NCBI GenBank assembly: GCA_044225995.1
Contig: JBGAHV010000013.1
Location: 7,319 to 71,318 of the forward strand
Direction of reading: 5' to 3'
Source: Ferruginibacter sp.
GTDB taxonomy: Bacteria; Bacteroidota; Bacteroidia; Chitinophagales; Chitinophagaceae
DNA: 64,000 bases
The notes under the pieces were generated by a model. It did not search any database. It worked only from the letters and a program-made list of their open reading frames with translations, and was not told the DNA's origin. The position numbers and the translations under genes are program-made. Shown piece by piece: positions 55,114-64,000 of the stretch. How positions within the stretch are numbered: the stretch's first letter is position 1; every line of letters begins with the position of its first letter.

Positions 55114-55980
55114 ATGTTTCAAAAACTTAAGCAGCGCTGGCATGTAAACGGCCTTAATCTTTTTCTTATTATTACAACTTTTGCTTTGGGTGGCAGCCTT
55201 TGCGGGTATGCCGGCAGAAAACTGCTGACCTTAACCCAACTGGAAAAGGGGCCGCTATGGGTGGTGCTCTATATCATTTTAATTACATTGCTTTGGCCGT
55301 TAGCTGTATTGCTGGTAAGCCTTCCGTTGGGACAGTTCGGTTTTTTTAAAAAATACATTGGTAAAATAATGGGCAGGGTTAAAGGCAAAAAAGAAATACC
55401 CGTTATTAATATTGCCATATTTGCCAGCGGGGCCGGCAGTAATGCTCAGCAAATCATTAATCGTTTTTTAAGTAATAAGAATATTAAAGTAGTGCTGGTG
55501 GTTTGTAACAAACCGGGTGCTGGTGTTTTGAATATTGCCGAAAGGCATGGCATACCAACGGTATTAATAGATAAAGAACGCTTTTTTAAGGGCGACGCCT
55601 TTTTACCGGAACTGCAGCATTACCGTGTAAATTTTATTGTACTGGCCGGTTTTTTATGGAAAGTGCCACAAAAACTAATTGCTGCTTACCCACAAAAAAT
55701 TATAAACATACACCCGGCACTATTGCCCGCTTACGGAGGCAAGGGAATGTATGGCCACTTTGTTCATGAAGCGGTTATTGCTAATAAAGAAACCCAAAGC
55801 GGCATTACCATTCATTATGTGGATGAGCAGTACGACCATGGGCAAATAATTATGCAGGCAACCTGCAGCATAAAAGAAGATGATACGGCTGATACACTTG
55901 CACAAAAAATACATACACTGGAGCATACACATTTCCCTGTTGTGATTGAGCAAATACTTCAAAAGCAAAACCTCCGTTAA
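55114..55980 (+). CDS. purN: Phosphoribosylglycinamide formyltransferase fused to an N-terminal two-TM domain
   Basis: C-terminal PurN motifs are IAIFASGAGSN, IVLAGFLWKVP, NIHPALLPAYGGKGMYG and GITIHYVDEQYDHGQII. The first 85 or so residues (MFQKLKQRWHVNGLNLFLIITTFALGG...) are hydrophobic. The tracked ORF starts at a TTG (55096). The first ATG is at 55114. Confidence 0.8.
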   Translation: MFQKLKQRWHVNGLNLFLIITTFALGGSLCGYAGRKLLTLTQLEKGPLWVVLYIILITLLWPLAVLLVSLPLGQFGFFKKYIGKIMGRVKGKKEIPVINIAIFASGAGSNAQQIINRFLSNKNIKVVLVVCNKPGAGVLNIAERHGIPTVLIDKERFFKGDAFLPELQHYRVNFIVLAGFLWKVPQKLIAAYPQKIINIHPALLPAYGGKGMYGHFVHEAVIANKETQSGITIHYVDEQYDHGQIIMQATCSIKEDDTADTLAQKIHTLEHTHFPVVIEQILQKQNLR

Positions 55981-56044
55981 AACATTATTGTGGCTTTGGG
56001 CATTATTAATTTGTTGGTGTAATATTACATTTTAAACAAGCCTA

Positions 56045-56794
56045 TTGCGTTTAGTTTTACTTATACTGTTTACCACTTGCTTTTGTTTTAATACACTAAT
56101 AGCTCAAAATACCATTAGCGGTACCGTGTTTGATTCTTCACGCATTAATTATGTACCTGGCGTAACGGTGATTAATAATGAAGGGCAGTTTGCCATTACA
56201 GATTCACTGGGCAGGTACAGCATCCCGGTTACAGAAAGAGATTCTCTTGTTTTTGTTTTTAATGGTAAGTCAACTGTAAAATTTCCCATATTTAATGTTC
56301 AGGATCCGTCGCATTTTGATATTGCGCTGCACATGCCCTATAAAGGAAAATTTAAAGTAATGAAGGAGGTGGTAGTGCATACCAAAACCTACCGGGAAGA
56401 CTCGATTGAAAACCGTGAAACTTACGCAAGAATTTTTAATTACCAGAAACCAAGCCTGCAAACATCCATCGATCCCTCCAGCAATATGGTGGGCGCCGAC
56501 CTCGATGAAATAATAAACATGTTTCGTTTTCGCCGCAACAAAACAATGAAACAATTTCAGCTACGGCTGGAAGCAGAAGAGCAGGAAAAATATATAAACT
56601 ACCGCTTTAATAAAACTCTTGTAAAGCGCATTACTCATCTTGAGGGGGAACAACTGGAAATTTTTATGTTACGCTACAGGCCCAGTTATGAGTTTGCAAG
56701 CAATGCCGGAGAGCTTGCCTTTAACCAGTATATTTTAAATTGTTGCTATAGTTACAAAGCGGCGTTGCTTAAAAAAGATGCTCTTAAACAGTAA
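56045..56794 (+). CDS. Hypothetical protein with a carboxypeptidase-regulatory-like N-terminal domain
   Basis: 249 aa with a signal peptide, then ISGTVFDSSRINYVPGVTVIN...GRYSIPV (CarbopepD_reg-like). It uses a TTG start as tracked. Confidence 0.55.
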   Translation: MRLVLLILFTTCFCFNTLIAQNTISGTVFDSSRINYVPGVTVINNEGQFAITDSLGRYSIPVTERDSLVFVFNGKSTVKFPIFNVQDPSHFDIALHMPYKGKFKVMKEVVVHTKTYREDSIENRETYARIFNYQKPSLQTSIDPSSNMVGADLDEIINMFRFRRNKTMKQFQLRLEAEEQEKYINYRFNKTLVKRITHLEGEQLEIFMLRYRPSYEFASNAGELAFNQYILNCCYSYKAALLKKDALKQ

Positions 56795-56829
56795 TTAATA
56801 CTGTAATTTTCATTCCTAAATTGAAAGGA

Positions 56830-58353
56830 ATGAAAAAAATATTGATCGCATTTGTTCTTTTTTCTCCAATTATATGTTTTGCGCAAACAGACACTATTCC
56901 GTCTTTCGTTAAAGACAGTATGGATACTTATGTATCCAAAGCCTTATCCGACTGGCAGATTCCCGGCGCTGCTGTTTGTATTGTAAAAAATGGCAAAGTG
57001 GTTTACATGAAGGGTTATGGTGTTAAAGAAATGAATGGCACAGATAAAGTAGATGAGAACACACTGTTCATGATTGGCAGCAACAGTAAGGCATTTACCG
57101 CCACCGCCATTGCCATGCTGGATGCAGAAAAGAAAATTTCGCTGGATGATAAGGTAACTAAATGGATCCCACAATTTAAACTGGATAATAAAGCCGCAGG
57201 TGAACAGGCCATTGTACGTGACCTGCTTTGTCACCGTATAGGTTTTGAAACCTTCCAGGGAGATTTTACTTACTGGACCAGTAACCTTACCCGCAGTGAA
57301 GTGATAGAAAAAATGAGCCACATAAAAGCCACATATCCTTTTCGTACGAAATGGGGTTATACCAACGCGGCTTTTTTAACCGCCGGCGAAATTATACCGA
57401 AAGCTATCGGTATGCAATGGGAGGAGTTTGTAACAAAAAAGATATTTCAGCCATTGGGCATGAACAACACGCTTGCTTTAAGTAAAGATTTTCCCAACGC
57501 CGACAATAAATGCAGTGCACACACCATTGTGGATGGCCAACTAATAAAAATTCCCTTTTGCAGTATTGACAATCTTGCCGCTGCAGGCAGTATCGGTTCT
57601 TCTGTAAACGATTTAAGCAAATGGGTAATGATGCAGCTGAATAACGGTAAACTGGATGGCAAGGAAATTGTTCCTGCAAAAGCCATTGCACAAACATGGC
57701 TTCCGCATTCCATATTGGGCAACGGTGGGCATATGTTCAACAGCGGTCATTATAGTTTGTATGGCCTTGGTTGGTTTTTGGAAGAATATTGTGGCAAAAA
57801 AATAGTGGCACACACCGGCGGTGTAAATGGTTTTGTTACCAGCATTACTTTATTACCTGAAGAAAAACTTGGGATCATTGTATTAACCAATACCGATCAA
57901 AACAGTTTTTTTGAAGCGCTGAAGTGGGAAATAGCTGACGCCTATCTTGGCAAACCCTACCGTAATTACAGTAAAGTATATCTTAGCTATTTTAAACAGC
58001 AGCAAAATGAAGAACTGGCGGCAGATAATAAACTGAAAGACTCTGCAGTTTTACAGTTAAAAACTACATTGCCGCTAACTGCCTATTGCGGCAGTTATTT
58101 TAATGATGTGTATGGCAATATGAGCGTGGTGCAGGAAAGTGGGGAACTGCGCATGAAATTCAGCCACCACCCGGCCATGTATGCAAAACTGGAGTCATTG
58201 GGCGGCAACAGGTTTTATGCAACTTTCAGCGATCCTGCTTTCGCCAAGGCTGTTTTCCCGTTTAAAATAACAGCCGGTAAAGTAACCGGGGTTACAGTAA
58301 AAGTGGCCGACTTTGTGGAATACAATCCTTATGAATTTAAAAAAATAAAATAG
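56830..58353 (+). CDS. Serine hydrolase of the beta-lactamase (class C / PBP-like) family with a C-terminal lipocalin-like domain
   Basis: It has the SxxK motif in GSNSKAFTA, YxN in WGYTNAAF and an HTG triad in AHTGGVNG. The signal peptide is MKKILIAFVLFSPIICFAQ. The ATG at 56830 is preferred over the tracked TTG at 56821. Confidence 0.85.
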   Translation: MKKILIAFVLFSPIICFAQTDTIPSFVKDSMDTYVSKALSDWQIPGAAVCIVKNGKVVYMKGYGVKEMNGTDKVDENTLFMIGSNSKAFTATAIAMLDAEKKISLDDKVTKWIPQFKLDNKAAGEQAIVRDLLCHRIGFETFQGDFTYWTSNLTRSEVIEKMSHIKATYPFRTKWGYTNAAFLTAGEIIPKAIGMQWEEFVTKKIFQPLGMNNTLALSKDFPNADNKCSAHTIVDGQLIKIPFCSIDNLAAAGSIGSSVNDLSKWVMMQLNNGKLDGKEIVPAKAIAQTWLPHSILGNGGHMFNSGHYSLYGLGWFLEEYCGKKIVAHTGGVNGFVTSITLLPEEKLGIIVLTNTDQNSFFEALKWEIADAYLGKPYRNYSKVYLSYFKQQQNEELAADNKLKDSAVLQLKTTLPLTAYCGSYFNDVYGNMSVVQESGELRMKFSHHPAMYAKLESLGGNRFYATFSDPAFAKAVFPFKITAGKVTGVTVKVADFVEYNPYEFKKIK

Positions 58354-58354
58354 C

Positions 58355-58906
58355 ATGGAGGAGAATCAATTGGTTTTAGGCATCGGCACCCGGCTGCAGC
58401 ATACACAATACGGACCGGGGGTTATCGTAGGTGTTAAATACGCCGTTTACATTATTTCATTTATTCATCATGGTATAAAAGAAATTGATAAAACAGATGA
58501 TAAGCTGGAGGAGATTATTGCAGAAAACGTAACTGCAGAAGTGGAAACGGTTTCTGCCGTTGAAAAATCCCTGCTGAAGATACTAAGGCAATGGAGTGAC
58601 GTTAGTGAAGTAGTGCCGTTAGGAGAAAAATGGATTGGTGGCACAATGATTTTGCAGGGCGCTGATAAATCATTGAAGCCAAAAGAAATTCCTATTGATG
58701 ATTTTTTTCACAAAATCGTGATGCTTCGTGACAGGTTAAGAGTGCTGGAGCAAAACATTAACAGCAATAAAAAATTGAGTGATGAGGAAAAGGTAAACAT
58801 ACAGCAATATATTACCCGTTGCTATGGCAGCCTTACCACATTTAATGTGCTTTTTAAAAATAAGGAGCAATGGTTTGTGGGAGAGAAAACAGGAAAAGAA
58901 GACTGA
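58355..58906 (+). CDS. Hypothetical cytoplasmic protein
   Basis: 183 aa. It starts 1 nt after the hydrolase stop. I recognise no family. Confidence 0.55.
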   Translation: MEENQLVLGIGTRLQHTQYGPGVIVGVKYAVYIISFIHHGIKEIDKTDDKLEEIIAENVTAEVETVSAVEKSLLKILRQWSDVSEVVPLGEKWIGGTMILQGADKSLKPKEIPIDDFFHKIVMLRDRLRVLEQNINSNKKLSDEEKVNIQQYITRCYGSLTTFNVLFKNKEQWFVGEKTGKED

Positions 58907-58914
58907 CAATAAAA

Positions 58915-58942
58915 AAGGCAACTGGTATCAGTTGCCTTTTTA
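58915..58942. terminator. Bidirectional intrinsic terminator
   Basis: The sequence is AAAAAA-GGCAACTG-GTAT-CAGTTGCC-TTTTT. It lies between convergent genes. Confidence 0.7.
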
Positions 58943-58956
58943 TAAACTTTACTGAT

Positions 58957-60030
58957 TTATAATTTTTCATACAAAGCCCGCAGCTTCTCTCTCGTCATTA
59001 TTTTTTCCCAGTCCTTACCCAGCGCATTTTCCCAAAGCGGTTTCATACCCAGGCTTACGTTTATCATTTTATCAAAATCATCATCGTTAAGGCCTTTGCA
59101 AATACCAGTGGGTATATCAATGTTGTTCTTCTCCACCATGTATTTAAATTCTTTCACCCCTTCCGGGTAATATTCTTCCAAATGGTTCATCACAATACAA
59201 TTGCCAATACCATGTTTGGTGCCCAGCAAATAACTTAAACCATAGCTTACGGCGTGGGCAACACCTACCTGGCTATATGCAATGCTCATACCGCCGGCGT
59301 AAGAAGCCATCATTAACTTATCATCGCTGTCAGCATCCCAGCCGCTTTTATTTACATATACTTCACGGCAAAGCTGCAATGCTTTTTCGCCATAGCTTTT
59401 ACTAAACTCGTTTAAATAAGTGCCCTCTAAACTTTCAATGCAATGTATATAGCAATCCATGCCAGTGTAAAAACGCTGGTTGATGGGGGCATCGGCAGTA
59501 AGTTCCGGGTCTAATACAATTTGATCAAATGGCGTAAAGTCGCTGTTCATGCCCAGCTTTTTGGTAGGGCCTGTCAGCACGGTTGTTCTGGAAACTTCTG
59601 CGCCTGTTCCGCTTAAAGTTGGGATACCAGCTTTATACACGCCGGGTTTTTTTACTAAATCCCAGCCCTGGTAATCGGCTGATGAGCCAGGGTTGTTCAT
59701 CATTAACGCAACAGCTTTTGCCAAATCCATGGTGCTGCCGCCGCCAATACCGATAACGCCGCTCACCTCTCCAAATTCATTTTTTAATTGTTGCGCAAGG
59801 CTGTCAACGTAAGTGGTTTTGGGTTCGTAGGTAACATCGGCAAAAATAACTTTATCGTTTCCACGCAAAGGAATGCGGCTTACCAGTGGTTTACCTTCAA
59901 AAAAATGATCTACTAAAAAAATTACAGGTTTTCCCGCTTTACGTTGCGGTGCTAAAATTTCATCTAACTGGTTAAAACTGCCACGGCCATACACCACATA
60001 ACCCACCATTTTAAAATTTCTGAAAGCCAT
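58957..60030 (-). CDS. Iron-containing alcohol dehydrogenase family protein (possible Kdo 8-oxidase, KdnB-like)
   Basis: 357 aa with the GGGSTMDLAKA motif and His-rich metal-site segments (CYIHCIES, VAHAVSYGL, HGIGNCIV). It is co-oriented with and adjacent to kdsB. Confidence 0.75.
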   Translation of the reverse strand: MAFRNFKMVGYVVYGRGSFNQLDEILAPQRKAGKPVIFLVDHFFEGKPLVSRIPLRGNDKVIFADVTYEPKTTYVDSLAQQLKNEFGEVSGVIGIGGGSTMDLAKAVALMMNNPGSSADYQGWDLVKKPGVYKAGIPTLSGTGAEVSRTTVLTGPTKKLGMNSDFTPFDQIVLDPELTADAPINQRFYTGMDCYIHCIESLEGTYLNEFSKSYGEKALQLCREVYVNKSGWDADSDDKLMMASYAGGMSIAYSQVGVAHAVSYGLSYLLGTKHGIGNCIVMNHLEEYYPEGVKEFKYMVEKNNIDIPTGICKGLNDDDFDKMINVSLGMKPLWENALGKDWEKIMTREKLRALYEKL

Positions 60031-60106
60031 ATTCTTTAATTGACGAATTGTTTACTGTTATTTTCCGGTGCAAAGATAATTGGGTTTTAAAGAGCAATTA
60101 AACTAT

Positions 60107-60829
60107 TTATCTGTTCAGCAGCTTAGCCGCTCTTTCCAAATCCTCCGGTGTATCAATCTCTATACCCATGTATTCCGTTACAATCATTTTAAGCGGCACG
60201 CCATTTTCTAAATAGCGCAGGCATTCAATTTTTTCAGCGGCTTCCAGTGGTGTCATTTCCCATTGTGTAAAATTCAACAGTGCCTGTTTGCGAAAAGCAT
60301 ACACACCAATATGTTCATAGTAGTTTGTTGTTACACTTTTATCCCGTGGATAAGGAATAACGCTGCGGCTGAAAAATAAGGCGTTCATATTTTTGTCAAC
60401 CGCCACTTTTACATAATTAGGATCTGTAATAAATTTCTCTTCTTTTAATACCTGCATTAAAGATGCCACCTGTACCTTATCATCATTAAAAACCTGTAAT
60501 AGTTTTTCCAGTGGCTCTTTTTGAACAAAAGGCTCATCACCCTGTACATTTACTACAATATCCACCTCCATATCTGCAACAGCTTCTGCAATACGGTCGC
60601 TGCCGCTTTCATGTTGCTTAATGCTCATTTTAGCTTTGCCGCCGTTGCTGGTAATTTCATTATAAATAATATCACTGTCAGTTACAACAATTACTTCATC
60701 AAATAAACCCGTGGCAATGGTATTATCATAAGTATGGCGTATTACTGTTTTATTACCCAGCACCTTCATTAACTTGGCCGGAAAACGGGTGGCCGCATAG
60801 CGGGCCGGTATCATTGCAATTTTCTTCAT
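60107..60829 (-). CDS. kdsB: 3-deoxy-manno-octulosonate cytidylyltransferase (CMP-Kdo synthetase)
   Basis: 240 aa. [33 protein letters not shown] and IGVYAFR match KdsB. Confidence 0.9.
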   Translation of the reverse strand: MKKIAMIPARYAATRFPAKLMKVLGNKTVIRHTYDNTIATGLFDEVIVVTDSDIIYNEITSNGGKAKMSIKQHESGSDRIAEAVADMEVDIVVNVQGDEPFVQKEPLEKLLQVFNDDKVQVASLMQVLKEEKFITDPNYVKVAVDKNMNALFFSRSVIPYPRDKSVTTNYYEHIGVYAFRKQALLNFTQWEMTPLEAAEKIECLRYLENGVPLKMIVTEYMGIEIDTPEDLERAAKLLNR

Positions 60830-60964
60830 CGTAAAAAATAAAAAACAAAATTACCAATTAAAATTTTTGCAACTGATGAAAACCGGCTTTGATTGCTTAT
60901 ATTTGAAATGATTGTTTTTTTACACGATTGCAGGCTTTATCAACAAACTTTTAAACTAACTGTT

Positions 60965-62413
60965 ATGCAGGCAAGCGAACTGTTGCAATCGTATTTGGTA
61001 GATGCCAACACCTGGGATGAGATGTATAAAGATGCTGCGGTAAGGGCCCAGTATAAAAATGTACTTTCTTTTTTGCAGCAGCTTTCTGTGGATGAGCTGA
61101 ATAAAAAAGAGGAGCTGGCCAAACGCCTGTTCATGAGCCAGGGCATTACTTTTACTGTTTACAGCAGCGGAGAGGGCATTGAAAAAATATTTCCCTTCGA
61201 TATTATTCCCCGCATTATTACCGCAGCCGAATGGGATTTTATTGAAAAAGGCATTAAACAACGGCTGAAGGCACTCAATCTTTTTTTAAAGGATATTTAC
61301 AGCAACCAGTTTATTATTAAGGATGGTATTGTGCCTGCGCACATGATTTACAGCTGCCCGCATTACCTAAGGGAAATGCACAACTTCCCTGTGCCGTACG
61401 ATATTTATGTGCATATTTCCGGCATTGATTTAATACGGGACAGCGATGGGTCTTTTTATATACTGGAAGACAATCTCCGTACACCAAGCGGTGTAAGTTA
61501 TATGCTGGAGAACAGGGAGATCACCAAACGTATTTTTCCTGATTTAATTCCGCAAAACAATGTACGCAGTGTAACAGAGTATCCCAATATTCTGCACCGC
61601 AACCTGATGTCATTGTCGCCACGGCAAATTCCTAATCCAACCATTGTATTGCTTACACCGGGCATTTATAACTCTGCCTATTTTGAGCATACCACCCTGG
61701 CAAGGTTAATGGGTGTGGAACTGGTGGAGGGAAGGGATCTTGTAGTGGACAATCATAAAGTGTATATGAAAACCACAGCCGGCCTGCAGCAGGTGGATGT
61801 TATTTACCGCCGTGTGGATGATGATTTTCTGGATCCGCTGGTATTTAATCCGCAAAGTGCACTGGGTGTTGCCGGCATTATGAGCGCTTACAGAAAAGGT
61901 AATGTGGCCATTGTAAATGCCGTAGGAAATGGCGTGGCAGATGATAAAGCTGTTTACACTTTTGTGCCAGCCATGATTCGTTACTACCTGAATGAAGAGC
62001 CCCTGCTAAAAAATGTGCCCACGTATCAATTGGCAAAAGACGATGAACGGGAACATGTGTTTAAAAATATTGAACGCATGGTGATAAAGAAAACCAATGA
62101 AAGCGGCGGCTATGGTATGCTGATGGGCAGCGCAGCCACCGAAATAGAAGTGGAAGAATATAAAAAGCAGGTACTTATTGACCCACGCCAGTTTATTGCG
62201 CAACCCATCATCAGTTTATCCAGTTGCCCCTGTTATATGAATGGTACTTTAAAACCACGGCGTGTTGATTTGCGGCCTTATGCTTTATGTGGCCCTGGTG
62301 GTATTGAAATTGTGCCGGGTGGTTTAACTAGGGTGGCCTTGAAGGAAGGTTCGCTGGTGGTAAACTCATCGCAGGGCGGTGGCAGTAAAGACACCTGGGT
62401 GCTGGCAGAATAA
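60965..62413 (+). CDS. Circularly permuted type-2 ATP-grasp protein
   Basis: It is about 482 aa. SQGITFTVYS...IFPFDIIPRII, ISGIDLIRD..G.FYILEDNLRTPSGVSYMLENR and VIKKTNESGGYGMLMG match what I recall of the CP_ATPgrasp_2 family (DUF404/DUF407). The ATG at 60965 is preferred over the tracked TTG at 60893. Confidence 0.8.
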   Translation: MQASELLQSYLVDANTWDEMYKDAAVRAQYKNVLSFLQQLSVDELNKKEELAKRLFMSQGITFTVYSSGEGIEKIFPFDIIPRIITAAEWDFIEKGIKQRLKALNLFLKDIYSNQFIIKDGIVPAHMIYSCPHYLREMHNFPVPYDIYVHISGIDLIRDSDGSFYILEDNLRTPSGVSYMLENREITKRIFPDLIPQNNVRSVTEYPNILHRNLMSLSPRQIPNPTIVLLTPGIYNSAYFEHTTLARLMGVELVEGRDLVVDNHKVYMKTTAGLQQVDVIYRRVDDDFLDPLVFNPQSALGVAGIMSAYRKGNVAIVNAVGNGVADDKAVYTFVPAMIRYYLNEEPLLKNVPTYQLAKDDEREHVFKNIERMVIKKTNESGGYGMLMGSAATEIEVEEYKKQVLIDPRQFIAQPIISLSSCPCYMNGTLKPRRVDLRPYALCGPGGIEIVPGGLTRVALKEGSLVVNSSQGGGSKDTWVLAE

Positions 62414-62450
62414 AAATTAAATTTTGAATCATTTATTAATTGAATAGTTA

Positions 62451-63386
62451 ATGCTTAGTCGTGTTGCAGACAGTTTATTTTGGATGAGCCGCTATATGGA
62501 AAGGGCGGATGGTATTTTGCGGATGCTTAAAATAAATTATGCATCATCGCAGGACGATATACTGGAGTTTAGCTGGAAACCGGTACTTAAAATTTTTACT
62601 TACCTAAAAGATGAGGAAGCAGAAGCACTGGCAAAAAACTCCCGTGCAGTATTACAATTTTTAGTTACAGATAAAACCAATGACGGCTCTGTTTTAAATA
62701 TTGTAACACAGGCAAGGGAAAACGGCCGCAGCGTGCAGGACCACATCACAAAAGAAATGTGGCAATGCCTCAACGAATTTTATCACATAATGCGTCATGA
62801 TAAATTAGTGAACCAGCTTCAGAAAGACGACCCGGTAACCATACTGGATAATTTAATAAAGCAATGCATGCTGTATTTTGGCACTACTGACGTTACTATG
62901 AGCCGTGGTGAAGGAAACTCCTTTATTAATATTGGTAAGTTCCTGGAACGGGCTATTCAGTCTGCCGATATATTGGATATAAAATTCAGCGAACTGGGTT
63001 ACCAGGTTGATAAGCCTGCAGACACGATGTACTGGAAATATATGCTGATGTCCATTTCGGGCTATGAATTATATTTAAAAACTTACCGCAGCGGTTTTGA
63101 AGCAAAAAATGTAATGGGGCAGATTATTTTAAACGAAGCCTTTCCCCGTTCGGTATTATATTCCGTAAACCAGCTGCACCGTTACTTTGAACGGCTTAAA
63201 AACGAACGCAACCTGCACAGTTTTAACCAGCTTGATTTTATGATTGGCAAGCTGCGCAGCAAAGTGAAATTCAGCACCGCCGATTCGGTTATTTACGAAG
63301 GGTTGCACCAGTTCCTGGTTGAAATTAAACAATCGCTGCTGCAAATTGGAAATACTTTAAATCAAACTTACTTTGCACACACATAA
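62451..63386 (+). CDS. Alpha-E domain protein (DUF403)
   Basis: 311 aa. MLSRVADSLFWMSRYMERADGILRML is the characteristic alpha-E N-terminus. It sits immediately downstream of the CP ATP-grasp gene, as in the conserved operon. Confidence 0.8.
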   Translation: MLSRVADSLFWMSRYMERADGILRMLKINYASSQDDILEFSWKPVLKIFTYLKDEEAEALAKNSRAVLQFLVTDKTNDGSVLNIVTQARENGRSVQDHITKEMWQCLNEFYHIMRHDKLVNQLQKDDPVTILDNLIKQCMLYFGTTDVTMSRGEGNSFINIGKFLERAIQSADILDIKFSELGYQVDKPADTMYWKYMLMSISGYELYLKTYRSGFEAKNVMGQIILNEAFPRSVLYSVNQLHRYFERLKNERNLHSFNQLDFMIGKLRSKVKFSTADSVIYEGLHQFLVEIKQSLLQIGNTLNQTYFAHT

Positions 63387-63443
63387 TAAAATGGAAACAA
63401 TGCTGTAGCCCGTTTCCATTTATTATTTACAAAAAAAATATTT

Positions 63444-64000
63444 ATGCCCCGGTTTCTTATACATCATGTAACTAAATACACTTACCCCGAGCCTGTAAGG
63501 GACAGCGCCAACCAAATGATGCTGTATCCCATTAAAGATGAATACCAGGAAGTACTGTCACAGCGGATTACCATTTCAAATGAGCCCTTTATTGAAGTAT
63601 ACAAAGATTATTATGGTAATGAGATTGGCTCTTTTATGAATATTTCACCACACCTGCAATTGCGGATTGACTCAAACATTTCTGTTGTTACAAAGCCAAG
63701 GCAATTTCCGGTAGATGATAAACCAGCTGATGTGCAATGGCATTATCTGCAGGAAATACAGTACGTAATTCCATACATCGATTTTTTAAAGCAGGAATAC
63801 TTTGGTAAGCTGGATGAAGTAAAACAGGTGGCTAACCCTGCACTGTTTTCAAACAAAACAATATTTGAAACCATACAGGAATTAAACACATGGGTGTATA
63901 ATAACTTTAAATACATTAAAGGCATTACCACGGTAGAAACCACACTGAATGAAATATGGGACCTGAAGGCCGGCGTATGCCAGGACTTTGCACATATACT
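63444..64000 (+). CDS. Transglutaminase-family protein (N-terminal Bact_transglu_N domain plus the start of the core); cut by the window end
   Basis: It is absent from the ORF track because it runs off the window. From the ATG at 63444 it reads MPRFLIHHVTKYTYPEPVRDSANQMMLYP...GNEIGSF...LKAGVCQDFAHI, where GVCQDFAH is the catalytic-Cys context. Confidence 0.8.
   Translation, partial: MPRFLIHHVTKYTYPEPVRDSANQMMLYPIKDEYQEVLSQRITISNEPFIEVYKDYYGNEIGSFMNISPHLQLRIDSNISVVTKPRQFPVDDKPADVQWHYLQEIQYVIPYIDFLKQEYFGKLDEVKQVANPALFSNKTIFETIQELNTWVYNNFKYIKGITTVETTLNEIWDLKAGVCQDFAHI

Noticed and set aside
1-64000. I searched for CRISPR arrays, rRNA, canonical tRNAs, transposases, integrases, phage genes and toxin-antitoxin or known defence genes.
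   Set aside because: I saw no regularly spaced direct repeats, no recombinase or transposase-like ORF and no long terminal inverted repeats. By eye, composition is uniform across the window. The region therefore appears to be core chromosome rather than a mobile island.

Overview
This is a densely coding chromosomal segment with about 60 credible CDS. I estimate about 40% GC by eye. It looks like Bacteroidota, probably Chitinophagales or Sphingobacteriia-like. That guess rests on the family content (alternative complex III plus aa3 oxidase, DUF3078, DUF5522, MbnP/MbnH pairs, LytTR systems with TPR kinases), Bacteroidetes-type -7 promoter boxes (TAnnTTTG) and AT-rich leaders without clear Shine-Dalgarno sites.

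Main blocks:
- 1-2529: a 2H-phosphoesterase gene lying divergent to a umuD-like/umuC operon, with a strong dyad operator candidate.
- 2601-5720: housekeeping genes (tatC, rpiB, an M28 peptidase).
- 5794-12125 (minus strand): a copper-type periplasmic cluster. It holds two diverged MbnP-like/di-heme peroxidase (MbnH-like) pairs, an outer-membrane barrel with a His/Cys-rich N-terminus, a YHS lipoprotein and small unknowns.
- 12215-24613: transport and metabolism genes (APC permease, PLP enzyme, TolC plus adaptor, GT2, mqo, ABC permease, Lrp).
- 24722-25001: a self-contained structured RNA with tRNA-like ends that I could not assign to a known family.
- 25086-30995: trmB, DUF5522, an Atl-like gene, an outer-membrane receptor and yqgE.
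- 31146-37709: an NHL/IPT lipoprotein, a LytTR two-component system and uncharacterised secreted proteins.
- 37843-54792 (minus strand): a 17-kb respiratory supercluster, actABCDEF, aa3 oxidase genes, ctaB, SCO and DUF420.
- 55114-64000: a purN fusion, a serine hydrolase, a KdnB-like Fe-ADH with kdsB, and a circularly permuted ATP-grasp / alpha-E / transglutaminase operon cut by the window edge.

I found no rRNA, canonical tRNA, CRISPR array, transposase, integrase or prophage genes. Nothing here looks like an obvious new multi-gene defence system. The best candidates for undescribed biology are the unclassified RNA, the duplicated copper module with its Cys-rich barrel, the LytTR-linked unknown secreted proteins and the ATP-grasp/alpha-E/transglutaminase operon. 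All functional calls come from motifs read by eye and remembered family knowledge. No database search was run.
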